64,000 bases of DNA. Origin: Pseudobdellovibrionaceae bacterium (lineage in GTDB: Bacteria; Bdellovibrionota; Bdellovibrionia; Bdellovibrionales; Bdellovibrionaceae). Below the pieces are notes generated by a model. That model saw only the letters and a list, made by a program, of their open reading frames with translations. It ran no database searches and was not told where the DNA came from. Location of the stretch: contig JBIKLL010000002.1 of NCBI GenBank assembly GCA_044359815.1, forward strand, positions 1-64,000, written 5' to 3'. This document shows, in pieces, positions 49,263-59,026 of this stretch. Position 1 is the stretch's first letter. Every line of letters starts with the position of its first letter. A program made the position numbers and the translations under genes.

Positions 49263-52163
49263 TTACCTGCCAAGGGTCGTAATTTTTGATTCGATTTCGT
49301 TTTTGTCAGGAGCATTGGGTGACAATGCTAAATATTTATTAAATGCCGCCGCGGCTGCACGCCCATCACCTCTGGCTTCAAAAATATACCCCTGTTCTTT
49401 GTAAACTTCTGGCAAACCCGATTCTTGCGCGGCTGCTATATTGATCATGCTTTCGGCGATATCAGGACTTCCGGCAAATCGGTAACATCTGGCTATATTG
49501 ACGTAAATCATCGCTCCTTGGGGTCTGATTTTAATGACCTGCTGATACTCCTCCGCACATTTTTGGTATTGCTTTTGAATAAAATAAATCTGTGCTGTCA
49601 GCAAATAGGGATCGGCCAAATTAGGATTATTTTTTTTCTCTTCCTTTGCAGCCGACAATGCCAGATTCAGATCACCGGCATCCATGGCGGCCTTACCAAT
49701 ATAATAATTTAACTTGGGATACATTGGATTAATTTTACCAGCTCGTTGAAACTGCATAATTGCTTGCTTGTATGAATTTGCTTCCAGATGAACCAATCCC
49801 GCTCTGATCAGACCTTCTGGATCCGAAGGATCAATTAATGTGGCTGATAAAAAATAACTCAAAGCTTTGTCCCTCAATCCTTGGGCGTTCAGGCTTTCAC
49901 CAATGCCTAACAAAGCTTTTTTATTTCTGGCTTCGACCTGCAAAATTTGGCCATAAATTGTTTGAGCTTCTTTGTATTTAGATTGCTCACGATACATTTC
50001 AGCCAAAGCAATTCTGAATTCTATGGTGTAAGAAAATTTGTTAATTAAATCTTTCATGTAAACAACACCGGTTTCTAGCCCTTGAAACTGGGTCAGAATT
50101 TTTCCATAAACTACTTGAGCGTCTTGATTAGTGCTGTCTAATTCCAAGGCTCTGACAACATATCTTTGCGCCTGCGGAAACTCATTGTTTGCAGCATGAG
50201 CTTTTGCCAATAATACCAAGGTTTCGGTGTCATTTTCATAAAGCTTCAGTGATCTTTGCAAAAACCCAATGGCTGACTTTACGTTATTTCGACGAAATTC
50301 AATTAAGCCAAAACCTTTCAGCACTTCCGAATTATTCGGAAACAATCTGGCAGCTTTATTTAAAATCTGTACCGAGTTACCATAATCATATCTGGCGGAT
50401 AAATAATCCGCCTGCAGAATATAGGCTTGGGTTAATTTAGGCTCAGCTTTTATTGCCAAATTCAACCATCTGATAGCTTCTTGCGATTGGCTTAACGTCC
50501 ACAAACAACGGGCAGCCTTCATCGCCGCCACTCCGTTTTTTTTATTCATTTCATAAGCAGCCTTGTATTGCCCTTGCGCTGCCAAACAGTTTCCTGTTCT
50601 GGCAAACTGATCACCCAGAAAAATCAAATCATTGTTTGAACCGCTATATTCTTGATTCACATCCGCACCCAGCTTTGCCAAAATTTCTTTGTATTTTGGT
50701 TCGGCTGGATTTAATTCAAAGGCTCTTTTTGCTGACTGTTTTGCTTGTTCCAGGTTTTTTCTTTGAAACCAAATTTTAGCCAACTGATAATGCCCTCTGG
50801 CTTCTACCAAAGAAGGCACAGAGCTTTTTATACCCACAGCCGCTATCAAGGTTTTAAGGGCATCATCGTCTTTGTTAAAATGCTCAGACAACATCACGCC
50901 ATATTCTAGCAATGCTCTTTTATGGGATGGATTGTAGTTTAAAGCTCTCATTAATGAATTTATTGCTTTTGACTTTTCATCGACCTTTGAAAAATAAATC
51001 CCGGTATCAACAATTGGTTTGATCCATTCTGGCCACAGCTCGCTGGCCTTTTGTGAATACAAAGCAGCAGTTCTAAAATCACCTTCCTGCGCTACCAGTT
51101 CCGCTTTCAGCCAATACAAAATCGGTGCTGTCGAAAATTTTCTGTCTTCCAATGTGTGCTCAACCACGCCCTTGGCTTCTTTAAATTTACCTAAAATCTC
51201 AAGCCTTATCACATCACAATAAGTTCCATTAACTCCCACAGGATCCAGATTTCGTGCAGTTTGCGTCACCGCTAAAACTAATTTTTGTTCTTCAGGCGAT
51301 TGGGCAGAAAACTGCCAGAGTTCTTTGTAAACCAAACACAAAGTTCCAAACGCATCCAGATTATGATTAGTGCCTTCAATCACACTGATCAGCAGACTCT
51401 GTGCTTTTTCATAATTTTCTGTAGTGTCCTTAACAAAATACTGCACAGCTTTTCCAACCAAATCTTTAACCTGTTCAGGTTTTAGATGGGCTTTGCCAGG
51501 AAGCTTTGGCCCCAGCAGTCTAACGGTGTTTCGATTACCAGTTTTAATTTTTTTAGGAGTTGTAAAAACCGTCAGAATCACAGCTCCCAGAATCATAAAT
51601 CCTGCCGCCATAAACAGTCTGCTCAGATCTGTTTTTTGTTTTCTTTTCGGTTTGGATTTTCTGGTTTCGACATAAGTTGCTGGTTGTTGTCTGGGTTTTG
51701 GTTGATGCTTGGGCTCAGGCGACATCGGAATTTCGGCTTCATCAATAAAAACTTCGGTGGCATTTCCTCCGGATGATTGCGATTGATCTTGAGTTGATAT
51801 CTCAGAGTCAATTTTTGAAATCGAAACTTCCTGAGCCGTTGACTGATTAATTTCCTCATCAATTTTGTTAAGCAGAATTTCCGATTTGGTTTGGTTAATA
51901 TTTTCGATGTTTTGTTCGATAACTTCAGATGGAAGGTCAGGTTGTTTAATTTCATTCAATGCATTTATAAGCGCATCGTAAAATTCAGATTTAGTCGAAA
52001 TATCTATCCATTTGCCATCAGGAGAACGACGAACTTTCTCATCACCCTGCAAGGCCCCTTGATTAATCATCCTCAGGATTGCATCTGTTGGGTAAGGGCC
52101 CAGCAATTTTCCCTTTTTGGTGATAACATCCCAAACAATTGAAGTGTGTTTTGTATCGCTCAT
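49263..52163 (-). CDS. membrane-anchored TPR protein with N-terminal GYF_2-like domain
   Basis: GPY...I..G.L.G.E.V..W motif, single TM helix, long TPR array. Confidence 0.85.
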   Translation of the reverse strand: MSDTKHTSIVWDVITKKGKLLGPYPTDAILRMINQGALQGDEKVRRSPDGKWIDISTKSEFYDALINALNEIKQPDLPSEVIEQNIENINQTKSEILLNKIDEEINQSTAQEVSISKIDSEISTQDQSQSSGGNATEVFIDEAEIPMSPEPKHQPKPRQQPATYVETRKSKPKRKQKTDLSRLFMAAGFMILGAVILTVFTTPKKIKTGNRNTVRLLGPKLPGKAHLKPEQVKDLVGKAVQYFVKDTTENYEKAQSLLISVIEGTNHNLDAFGTLCLVYKELWQFSAQSPEEQKLVLAVTQTARNLDPVGVNGTYCDVIRLEILGKFKEAKGVVEHTLEDRKFSTAPILYWLKAELVAQEGDFRTAALYSQKASELWPEWIKPIVDTGIYFSKVDEKSKAINSLMRALNYNPSHKRALLEYGVMLSEHFNKDDDALKTLIAAVGIKSSVPSLVEARGHYQLAKIWFQRKNLEQAKQSAKRAFELNPAEPKYKEILAKLGADVNQEYSGSNNDLIFLGDQFARTGNCLAAQGQYKAAYEMNKKNGVAAMKAARCLWTLSQSQEAIRWLNLAIKAEPKLTQAYILQADYLSARYDYGNSVQILNKAARLFPNNSEVLKGFGLIEFRRNNVKSAIGFLQRSLKLYENDTETLVLLAKAHAANNEFPQAQRYVVRALELDSTNQDAQVVYGKILTQFQGLETGVVYMKDLINKFSYTIEFRIALAEMYREQSKYKEAQTIYGQILQVEARNKKALLGIGESLNAQGLRDKALSYFLSATLIDPSDPEGLIRAGLVHLEANSYKQAIMQFQRAGKINPMYPKLNYYIGKAAMDAGDLNLALSAAKEEKKNNPNLADPYLLTAQIYFIQKQYQKCAEEYQQVIKIRPQGAMIYVNIARCYRFAGSPDIAESMINIAAAQESGLPEVYKEQGYIFEARGDGRAAAAAFNKYLALSPNAPDKNEIESKITTLGR

Positions 52164-52254
52164 TGAGTCCTACTTTGGAACCACGCTGCCCTTATATTGG
52201 AACCACTGCGCTGAGTGTTAATGTCTTTATAATTAATATACCCAATCTAAATTG

Positions 52255-52270
52255 TGGCACCAAGATTGCT
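52255..52270 (+). promoter_or_regulatory. sigma54 -24/-12 promoter
   Basis: TGGCACCAAGATTGCT matches the consensus TGGCAC-N5-TTGC(A/T). Confidence 0.85.
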
Positions 52271-52300
52271 ATACATCAAGTCGATCATGGGGGATCAAGA

Positions 52301-52720
52301 ATGAAATCATCAAGAATTACATTTGGAAGTAAGAAAATAGATCGTTCAACGGTCAGAAATATTCTGATCGGGATTTATGTTTTGTGCGTTTTGGGGCTCT
52401 CAGCTACGGCTCGTGCTGATCAACAGTACATGCCAGTTAAGCCTTCAGATAAGTGGAAAGTCGCTGAATATCGCGGCACCGCTGCTTTAACAACAGATGG
52501 CAAGAGCTATCTGATTGTTTCTGAAAATGAAGCTTATTTGCTGAACTCAAATAAAGATCTTAGCCAGTACAATGGTTTACTGGTTAGGGTTGTTGGATTA
52601 GGAGCTAATGTCGAAGCAGGAAAACAGCAAGAAGAATCCTTGGTGCCCCTCACTGAGGACGAAATACAACCTGAAAAGCCTGTTTTGAATGTGTTAGAAA
52701 TCTCAGAGGATCTTTACTGA
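52301..52720 (+). CDS. small secreted hypothetical protein (possibly OB-fold-like)
   Basis: GGGGG RBS and ATG 52301 downstream of the sigma54 site; signal peptide ending ARA. Confidence 0.75.
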   Translation: MKSSRITFGSKKIDRSTVRNILIGIYVLCVLGLSATARADQQYMPVKPSDKWKVAEYRGTAALTTDGKSYLIVSENEAYLLNSNKDLSQYNGLLVRVVGLGANVEAGKQQEESLVPLTEDEIQPEKPVLNVLEISEDLY

Positions 52721-52792
52721 TTCTTTGAGAGTTGACGTTCCAGCCCAATCCCCTCCGGGCTGGGACATTAACTATAAAAATAACAAGCTTAG

Positions 52793-52834
52793 AAGCCTCG
52801 TCGATCTTCCCCTCCAAGACGAGGCTTTTTTTTT
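52793..52834 (+). terminator. intrinsic terminator
   Basis: AAGCCTCGTC-loop-GACGAGGCTT followed by a T run. Confidence 0.8.
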
Positions 52835-54083
52835 ACCCAATTCGTTTTGTTTGAGCGCCTAATTTTTTAAGTTTTTCTTCAAGCTTTTCATATCCACGAT
52901 CTAAATGATAAATCCTGCTGACTGTGGTTTCACCTTTTGCAGCCAATCCTGCCAATACTAAACTGGCGCTGGCTCTTAAATCTGTAGCCATAACAGGCGC
53001 GCCGACTAATCCACCGACTTTTCCACGTATGACTGCGACTCGGGATTTGGGTGTGATGTCGGCTCCCATTCTGCAAAGTTCTGGTACGTGCATAAAACGA
53101 TTTTCAAAAACAGTTTCGGTAATCACACTGCTGCCTTCTGCAATGGTCATCATTGCCATATACTGAGCCTGCAGATCCGTAGGAAACAATGGAAATGGTT
53201 GAGTTGTAATATCAACGCCCTTCCAGCCCTTGTTTTTATGTACGATCACAGCGTTAGATTCCTCTGTGATTTTAATTCCAGCTTCTTTCATCTTAAGTGT
53301 TAAGGACTCAACATGATCTGGAATGGCGTTGATCACCCTGACCTCACCACCAGTCATTGCACCGGCTATCATCAAAGTTCCTGCCTCGATTCGATCTGGC
53401 ATAATTTTGTGTTCAGCAGGATTTAATTTACTGACTCCTTCAATAACAATGATCGAAGTTCCATGGCCTTTAATCTTAGCGCCCATTTTTATTAGGCACT
53501 CTGCCAGATCTACGATTTCAGGTTCTTTAGCTGCATTTTCAATCACAGTGGTTCCCTGAGCTAGCGCTGCCGCCATCATCAGATTTTCGGTACCACCCAC
53601 CGTGCAAGATTCGAAAACAAAGTTACTGCCTTTAAGTTTACCTTTTGCGTGCACGTAACCGTCTTTCAATTCGATTTCTGCGCCTAAGGCCTTCATAGCA
53701 TCTAAATGCAAATCAATGGGACGGGTTCCAATGGCGCAGCCACCAGGCATGGAAACAACAGCTTCGCCATATTTTGCCAGTAAAGGACCTAAGCATAAAA
53801 TACTGGCTCGCATTTTTCGAACCAAATCATAATGGGCTTCAAAATTTTTAGGCTTTTTAACTTCGACGATAAATTTATCAGAATCTCGACGACAATCGGT
53901 GCTGAGAGTTTTTAATAAATCGCTGGTTGATTCAATGTCCTTCAGATCAGGAACATTTGTAAATACATGTTTGCCTTCAGCCAATAATGTTGAAAACAAA
54001 ATCGGTAGCGCTGCATTTTTGGCTCCACTGACTTGAATTTCACCATTCAAAGCCACTCCACCTTTGACAACTATTTTATCCAT
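52833..54083 (-). CDS. murA: UDP-N-acetylglucosamine 1-carboxyvinyltransferase
   Basis: GAKNAALP, PGGCAIG.RPIDLH, FPTDLQ, DLRA, HLDRGYE. Confidence 0.97.
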   Translation of the reverse strand: MDKIVVKGGVALNGEIQVSGAKNAALPILFSTLLAEGKHVFTNVPDLKDIESTSDLLKTLSTDCRRDSDKFIVEVKKPKNFEAHYDLVRKMRASILCLGPLLAKYGEAVVSMPGGCAIGTRPIDLHLDAMKALGAEIELKDGYVHAKGKLKGSNFVFESCTVGGTENLMMAAALAQGTTVIENAAKEPEIVDLAECLIKMGAKIKGHGTSIIVIEGVSKLNPAEHKIMPDRIEAGTLMIAGAMTGGEVRVINAIPDHVESLTLKMKEAGIKITEESNAVIVHKNKGWKGVDITTQPFPLFPTDLQAQYMAMMTIAEGSSVITETVFENRFMHVPELCRMGADITPKSRVAVIRGKVGGLVGAPVMATDLRASASLVLAGLAAKGETTVSRIYHLDRGYEKLEEKLKKLGAQTKRIG

Positions 54084-54095
54084 AAATTTGCCTTT

Positions 54096-54932
54096 TTAAA
54101 GAGATGCAAAAATAAATCTATCTTGACCAGAATAGTCTTTTTTTATCTGAATGGATCTAAAAAAATTTAAATTTTTAAAAAATTCTTTCACTTCTGGACC
54201 CTGCTTATAGCCGATTTCAAAAATCAAAAGCCCTTTAGGTTTCAATAATTTTGCAGATTCTGTTGCCCAAGTTTTTATAAGAGCCAATCCATTATCATCG
54301 GCAAACAGTGCAATGTGAGGTTCGTATTTTCTGACATGAGGGTCGACTTCGGGATCCGTGACTGCAATGTAAGGGGGATTAGCCAGAATCAAATCAAACA
54401 TTTGATTAAATAAGCTGGCTTTAAATTCACTATTTAAAATTTTAACATTGGAAATCCCAATTATTTTCTGATTTTTTTGTGTCACTAAAAAAGCTTGTTC
54501 GGACTTTTCGATCAATATTCCCTGGCTGGCTTGAACCTGCTTAGCAACACTAAGTCCAATACAACCCGAGCCGGTACCGATATCCAAAAAACTGGGATTG
54601 AGTTTTGTTTTTAAAAACTCTATGGCTTCTTCAACCATGATTTCAGTTTCAGGTCGGGGAATTAAAACATGTTCGTTCACAACAAAAGAATTCTTATAAA
54701 AATATTTTTCACCCAAAATAACTGCTAAGGGTTTGCCCGTAAAACGTAGGTTCAAATATTCTGACAAAGTTTCTTGGTCACTGGCTGATAAGTTTTTATT
54801 AGGATTTAAAATAATCTGCGATTTCGAGAGCCCAGTGACCTTTTCTATCATCAAATAAATTTCAATTTCTTCTATAAATTTATACTCAGAAATCTGAGCC
54901 TTAGCCCATTGAATAAAGCTTGTAAGCTCCAT
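54096..54932 (-). CDS. prmC: release factor glutamine methyltransferase
   Basis: VLIPRPETE, DIGTGSGCI, NPPYI. Confidence 0.95.
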   Translation of the reverse strand: MELTSFIQWAKAQISEYKFIEEIEIYLMIEKVTGLSKSQIILNPNKNLSASDQETLSEYLNLRFTGKPLAVILGEKYFYKNSFVVNEHVLIPRPETEIMVEEAIEFLKTKLNPSFLDIGTGSGCIGLSVAKQVQASQGILIEKSEQAFLVTQKNQKIIGISNVKILNSEFKASLFNQMFDLILANPPYIAVTDPEVDPHVRKYEPHIALFADDNGLALIKTWATESAKLLKPKGLLIFEIGYKQGPEVKEFFKNLNFFRSIQIKKDYSGQDRFIFASL

Positions 54933-54935
54933 TTA

Positions 54936-56018
54936 TTAAACCGACTTGCTTTGATTTTTTAAAGCTTCTGCCTGGAAATGCGCGATCAACGGATCAATTA
55001 TGATTTCAAAAGATCCGCCCATAACATCAGGTAGTTGATGAACAGTCAGTCCGATTCTGTGATCTGTGATACGAGTCTGAGGGAAATTGTAAGTTCGAAT
55101 TCTTTCGGATCTGTCACCAGTTCCAATCTGCTCTAGTCGTACGTCAGAGGCTTCCTGACGAGCTTTTTCTTCCTCAAGTTTTAATAGTCTTGAGTACATA
55201 ACCTTAAAGGCTTTTTCTTTGTTAGTCGTTTGGGATTTGCCCTCTTGGCAATGCACTATGATTCCAGTTGGCAGATGTGTCAGCCTGACTGCAGACTCGG
55301 TTCGGTTAACAGATTGGCCACCGGCTCCACTGGCTCGCATAACATCAATTCGAATTTCATTGGGGTTAATTTTGACATCGACTTCATCCGCTTCTGGAAT
55401 GACTGCCACAGTAACCGTCGATGTATGAACTCTTCCAGCAGCTTCGGTCTTAGGGACTCTTTGAACCCTGTGAACACCGCTTTCGTATTTTAACTTGCTG
55501 TAAACCTTTTCCCCGGAAATTGCGGCTACAATTTCTTTATAACCACCGACATTGCCTGGCGAAACTGATAAAACTTCAACCTTCCACCCTAAGGTGCTGC
55601 TGAAATGAGAATAACCTCTGAACAATTCATCGGCAAACAAACTGGCTTCATCACCACCAGCTCCTGCGCGGACTTCCAGAATAATATTTTTGTCATCATT
55701 AGGATCTTTAGGCAGTAGCAAAATCTTGAGCTCGTCTTCGATAGTCGCGACACTTTTTTCAAGCTCGCGGTTTTCTTCCTTAGCCATTTCCCTCAGTTCA
55801 TTATCGCTTTCGTCCTGAGTGATTGCCCAATTGTCTTGGATTTGCTTTTTTTTGTGTTTGTAGTCTCGATAAACAGTAACAACCTTTTCCAAATCAGAAA
55901 GCTCTTTCATTAGCTTTCTGTATTCAGATTGGTTTGAAGCTACGTCAGGTCTTTGTAATAATAAATTAACCTGTTCGTATCTGGATTCGACGCTGTTTAA
56001 TTTATCAAATATGCTCAC
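54936..56018 (-). CDS. prfA: peptide chain release factor 1
   Basis: GAGGQ, PKT specificity loop, [14 protein letters not shown]. Confidence 0.97.
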   Translation of the reverse strand: MSIFDKLNSVESRYEQVNLLLQRPDVASNQSEYRKLMKELSDLEKVVTVYRDYKHKKKQIQDNWAITQDESDNELREMAKEENRELEKSVATIEDELKILLLPKDPNDDKNIILEVRAGAGGDEASLFADELFRGYSHFSSTLGWKVEVLSVSPGNVGGYKEIVAAISGEKVYSKLKYESGVHRVQRVPKTEAAGRVHTSTVTVAVIPEADEVDVKINPNEIRIDVMRASGAGGQSVNRTESAVRLTHLPTGIIVHCQEGKSQTTNKEKAFKVMYSRLLKLEEEKARQEASDVRLEQIGTGDRSERIRTYNFPQTRITDHRIGLTVHQLPDVMGGSFEIIIDPLIAHFQAEALKNQSKSV

Positions 56019-56260
56019 TTCTTAGCGTATTTTTTCTTGAATCTGTCGATGCGTCCTTCAGTATCTAGGACACGTTGTTTACCAGTAAAAAATGGATGTG
56101 AAGCGCTGGAAATCTCAACCTTGATCAGAGGATATTCTTTACCGTCTTCCCACTTTACTTTTTCTTTTGAGTCCATTGTTGATTGGCTTAAAAAAGAATA
56201 GTCACAAGAGACATCCTTAAAAACTACGTTTCGCACTTTTGGGTGAAGTTCTTTTTTCAT
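56015..56260 (-). CDS. rpmE: 50S ribosomal protein L31, type B
   Basis: [25 protein letters not shown]; lacks the CxC/CxxC zinc set. Confidence 0.95.
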   Translation of the reverse strand: MKKELHPKVRNVVFKDVSCDYSFLSQSTMDSKEKVKWEDGKEYPLIKVEISSASHPFFTGKQRVLDTEGRIDRFKKKYAKK

Positions 56261-56380
56261 ATTATCCTCATCATCAAATTATTATGATTGTTCTAAATAT
56301 TAAGCATGCATTGTTACCATAAGTATCGGAAATCTGTAAAGAATTATAAATTTACAGATTTCCTCAATTATTACAGCAAG

Positions 56381-58087
56381 TTAGCTGCCGCCACCGCTCA
56401 TGCTGGTCAGAAAGGCTTGGTTGGTTTTTGCCTGTTGAATTTTATCAGTCAAAAATTCCATAGCATCAACGACATTCATTGGTGCTAATACTTTTCGTAA
56501 AATCCACAAACGATTCAGATCCGCTTTTTCGATCAACAAATCTTCTTTTCGAGTTCCGGATTTATTAATGTCCATACAAGGGAAGATTCTTTTTTCCATC
56601 AGCTTTCTGTCCAAATGAATTTCAGAATTACCTGTTCCTTTGAATTCTTCGAAAATCACTTCATCCATTCTGGATCCAGTGTCGATCAATGCAGTTGCGA
56701 TAATCGTCAAGCTTCCGCCTTCTTCGATATTCCTAGCTGCACCAAAAAATCTTTTTGGTTTGTGTAAAGCATTTGAATCCACACCACCAGACAAGATCTT
56801 GCCGCTTGGTGGAACGACTGTGTTGTAGGCTCGAGCTAAACGAGTGATTGAATCTAACAAAATAACCACATCATGTTTGTGCTCAACCAGTCTCTTGGCT
56901 TTTTCCAATACCATTTCGGCAACCTGTACGTGGCGTGTAGGTGGCTCATCAAATGTTGAACTGATAACTTCGCCCTTCACAGATCTGAGCATGTCAGTAA
57001 CTTCCTCTGGTCGCTCGTCGATTAATAAGACAATCAGTTTTACCTCGGGGTGATTGACCGAAATTGCATTGGCAATATTTTGCAATAAAACTGTTTTTCC
57101 CGTTCTGGGTGGAGCAACAATTAAAGCCCTTTGACCTTTACCCAGTGGGGCCATCAGATCCACAACTCGGGTCGTGAAGTCCGTTGGATTGTGTTCAAGC
57201 TTTAAACGTTCATTGGGATAAAGCGGTGTTAAGTTATCAAATAAAATTTTATCTTTAGCCGCTTCTGAACTTTCGAAATTTAGCGAGTCTACTCGGGTTA
57301 AAGCAAAATACCTTTCACCCTCTTTAGGTGGGCGAACTGTGCCCGTAATTGTATCACCTGTTCTGAGGCCAAATTTTCTGATCTGTGAAGGTGAAACGTA
57401 AATGTCATCTGGACCTGGCAGATAATTGTAATCAGGCGATCTCAGAAATCCGTAACCATCTGGCAGAATTTCTAAAACACCTGAGCCGTAAATATCACCC
57501 AATCTGGCAGCACGTTTTAGAATTTCAAATACCATGTCCTGTCTGCGAAGACCGGCTGCATTTTCAATTTTCAATTTAATGGCAAGCTCAGTAAGCTGTT
57601 GGATGTTTTTTGTTTTTAGATCCTTAGAGCTTAACCAAGTTTTTTCCTCTTCGCTCAGATTAATATCTGCTAAATCAACCTCTGGCTCGTTAGAAGCTTG
57701 TTGGACAGGTGGCATTGATTCAGATTCATCTTGATAATGCTTGTTGCGATCGTTTCTGTCGTTTCTGAAATCCCTTCGATTGTTATTGTTTCTGAAATCA
57801 CGATTGTTGCGTTTATCAAAATAACGATGGCGGTTGTTAGTGCCTTCTCGATTATTAGTGTTGTTTTCTCGTCTGGGAGCTTCTTCACGAACTTCGGTTT
57901 TTTGTGCTGGAGGCACCGCTGCTGCTTGAGGTTTTGTAGTTTCAGCTGGTGTTGATGCTTCCACTTTGTGTTCTGGTGATTCTGATTTTTCGGATTTAGA
58001 TTCTGAATCTTTTTTGGAAGTTTTGGTTTCTACAACTTTTTTAGGCTTCTTTTTTGAACCTTCGACTTCTTCTTTTGAGTCTGACAA
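56381..58087 (-). CDS. rho: transcription termination factor Rho with N-terminal low-complexity extension
   Basis: [39 protein letters not shown]. Confidence 0.97.
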   Translation of the reverse strand: MSDSKEEVEGSKKKPKKVVETKTSKKDSESKSEKSESPEHKVEASTPAETTKPQAAAVPPAQKTEVREEAPRRENNTNNREGTNNRHRYFDKRNNRDFRNNNNRRDFRNDRNDRNKHYQDESESMPPVQQASNEPEVDLADINLSEEEKTWLSSKDLKTKNIQQLTELAIKLKIENAAGLRRQDMVFEILKRAARLGDIYGSGVLEILPDGYGFLRSPDYNYLPGPDDIYVSPSQIRKFGLRTGDTITGTVRPPKEGERYFALTRVDSLNFESSEAAKDKILFDNLTPLYPNERLKLEHNPTDFTTRVVDLMAPLGKGQRALIVAPPRTGKTVLLQNIANAISVNHPEVKLIVLLIDERPEEVTDMLRSVKGEVISSTFDEPPTRHVQVAEMVLEKAKRLVEHKHDVVILLDSITRLARAYNTVVPPSGKILSGGVDSNALHKPKRFFGAARNIEEGGSLTIIATALIDTGSRMDEVIFEEFKGTGNSEIHLDRKLMEKRIFPCMDINKSGTRKEDLLIEKADLNRLWILRKVLAPMNVVDAMEFLTDKIQQAKTNQAFLTSMSGGGS

Positions 58088-58541
58088 GCTTTGCTCCTTG
58101 ATATTTGTGTTAAAAATTTGTTTTAGGTAAGTTTAAAATTATAAAATCTGTTTTAAAAAATTTGTTTTCCGCTTAAAAATTAACTTTAAATTAAGTTTTG
58201 AATTGAAAAGAAAAACCCAATTAAGAGAAATTCTGATTAAGTAGAGTATGTTTGAGCACAGGACTTTTGTCAAACACATATAGATTTAAATGTGGGCAAT
58301 TAAGAATGCATTTTAAGTATCAAGAAATGTTTCATTCTGAGACAGTTCGATGGAAGGTTTTTTGGTATGAGTTGGTTTCTGAAAATCATTATACTGTGGA
58401 CCGCGACAATCGAGTGACTCAGAATGGGATAAGCTGTTGATATTTTTGGTATTTTTTTGATTTCATTGATATAAAGATCTAAGGGCAATTGCGGAATGTA
58501 CACAGACTGCTCAAACAAACCCATATTCAGACTTTAAACGG

Positions 58542-58570
58542 TAAAGTTCCTAAATGCTTATACCGAATAA
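58542..58570 (+). promoter_or_regulatory. putative sigma28 (FliA) promoter
   Basis: TAAAG-N15-ACCGAATAA about 30 nt upstream of GTG 58602. Confidence 0.4.
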
Positions 58571-58601
58571 GGAATCTGAACAATTGGGAAAGGAGCATTT
58601 T

Positions 58602-58967
58602 GTGGAAACAACACAAACACCAGCACCAAGAACACCACTATTTATCGATGTTGAGTTTCGACGAAACTACGCACGTGAAAATGGTAAAGGGACCTTAAGA
58701 AATATCAGTATTACTGGTGCTTTTTTAGAGTTCACCAACGAAAACTTTAGAAACGGCGAGAAAGTATTTTTGAAGTTTCGCGTGGCAGGCCGAGAAAGAA
58801 CCATTCAAGCAATGGTTGTTTGGTCTAACGAAAAAGGATCAGGAATTAAATTCTTACCTTCAAACAACAGAGATGTGCAGATTGTTGATGATTTAATTTA
58901 TTTCGTTGAGTCCAAGCGTGGTGGCACCAAAGATATCTTGGATCAAATCTTTAAAAAAGTAGCTTAG
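58602..58967 (+). CDS. PilZ-domain protein
   Basis: AAGGAG RBS then GTG; APR..., NISITGAFL (D/NxSxxG), VVW, GIKF; RxxxR is incomplete. Confidence 0.85.
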   Translation: METTQTPAPRTPLFIDVEFRRNYARENGKGTLRNISITGAFLEFTNENFRNGEKVFLKFRVAGRERTIQAMVVWSNEKGSGIKFLPSNNRDVQIVDDLIYFVESKRGGTKDILDQIFKKVA

Positions 58968-58996
58968 ATTTATTTTAAATTTCGAATCCAGATTTT

Positions 58997-59026
58997 TGGC
59001 CAGCTATAATTGCTGGCCATTTTTTT
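58997..59026 (+). terminator. intrinsic terminator
   Basis: TGGCCAGC-tataatt-GCTGGCCA followed by a T run. Confidence 0.75.

Noticed and set aside
52139..52300. N-terminal 54 codons of the listed 52139-52720 ORF
   Set aside because: They overlap the divergent TPR gene start and the sigma54 promoter; ATG 52301 has the RBS.
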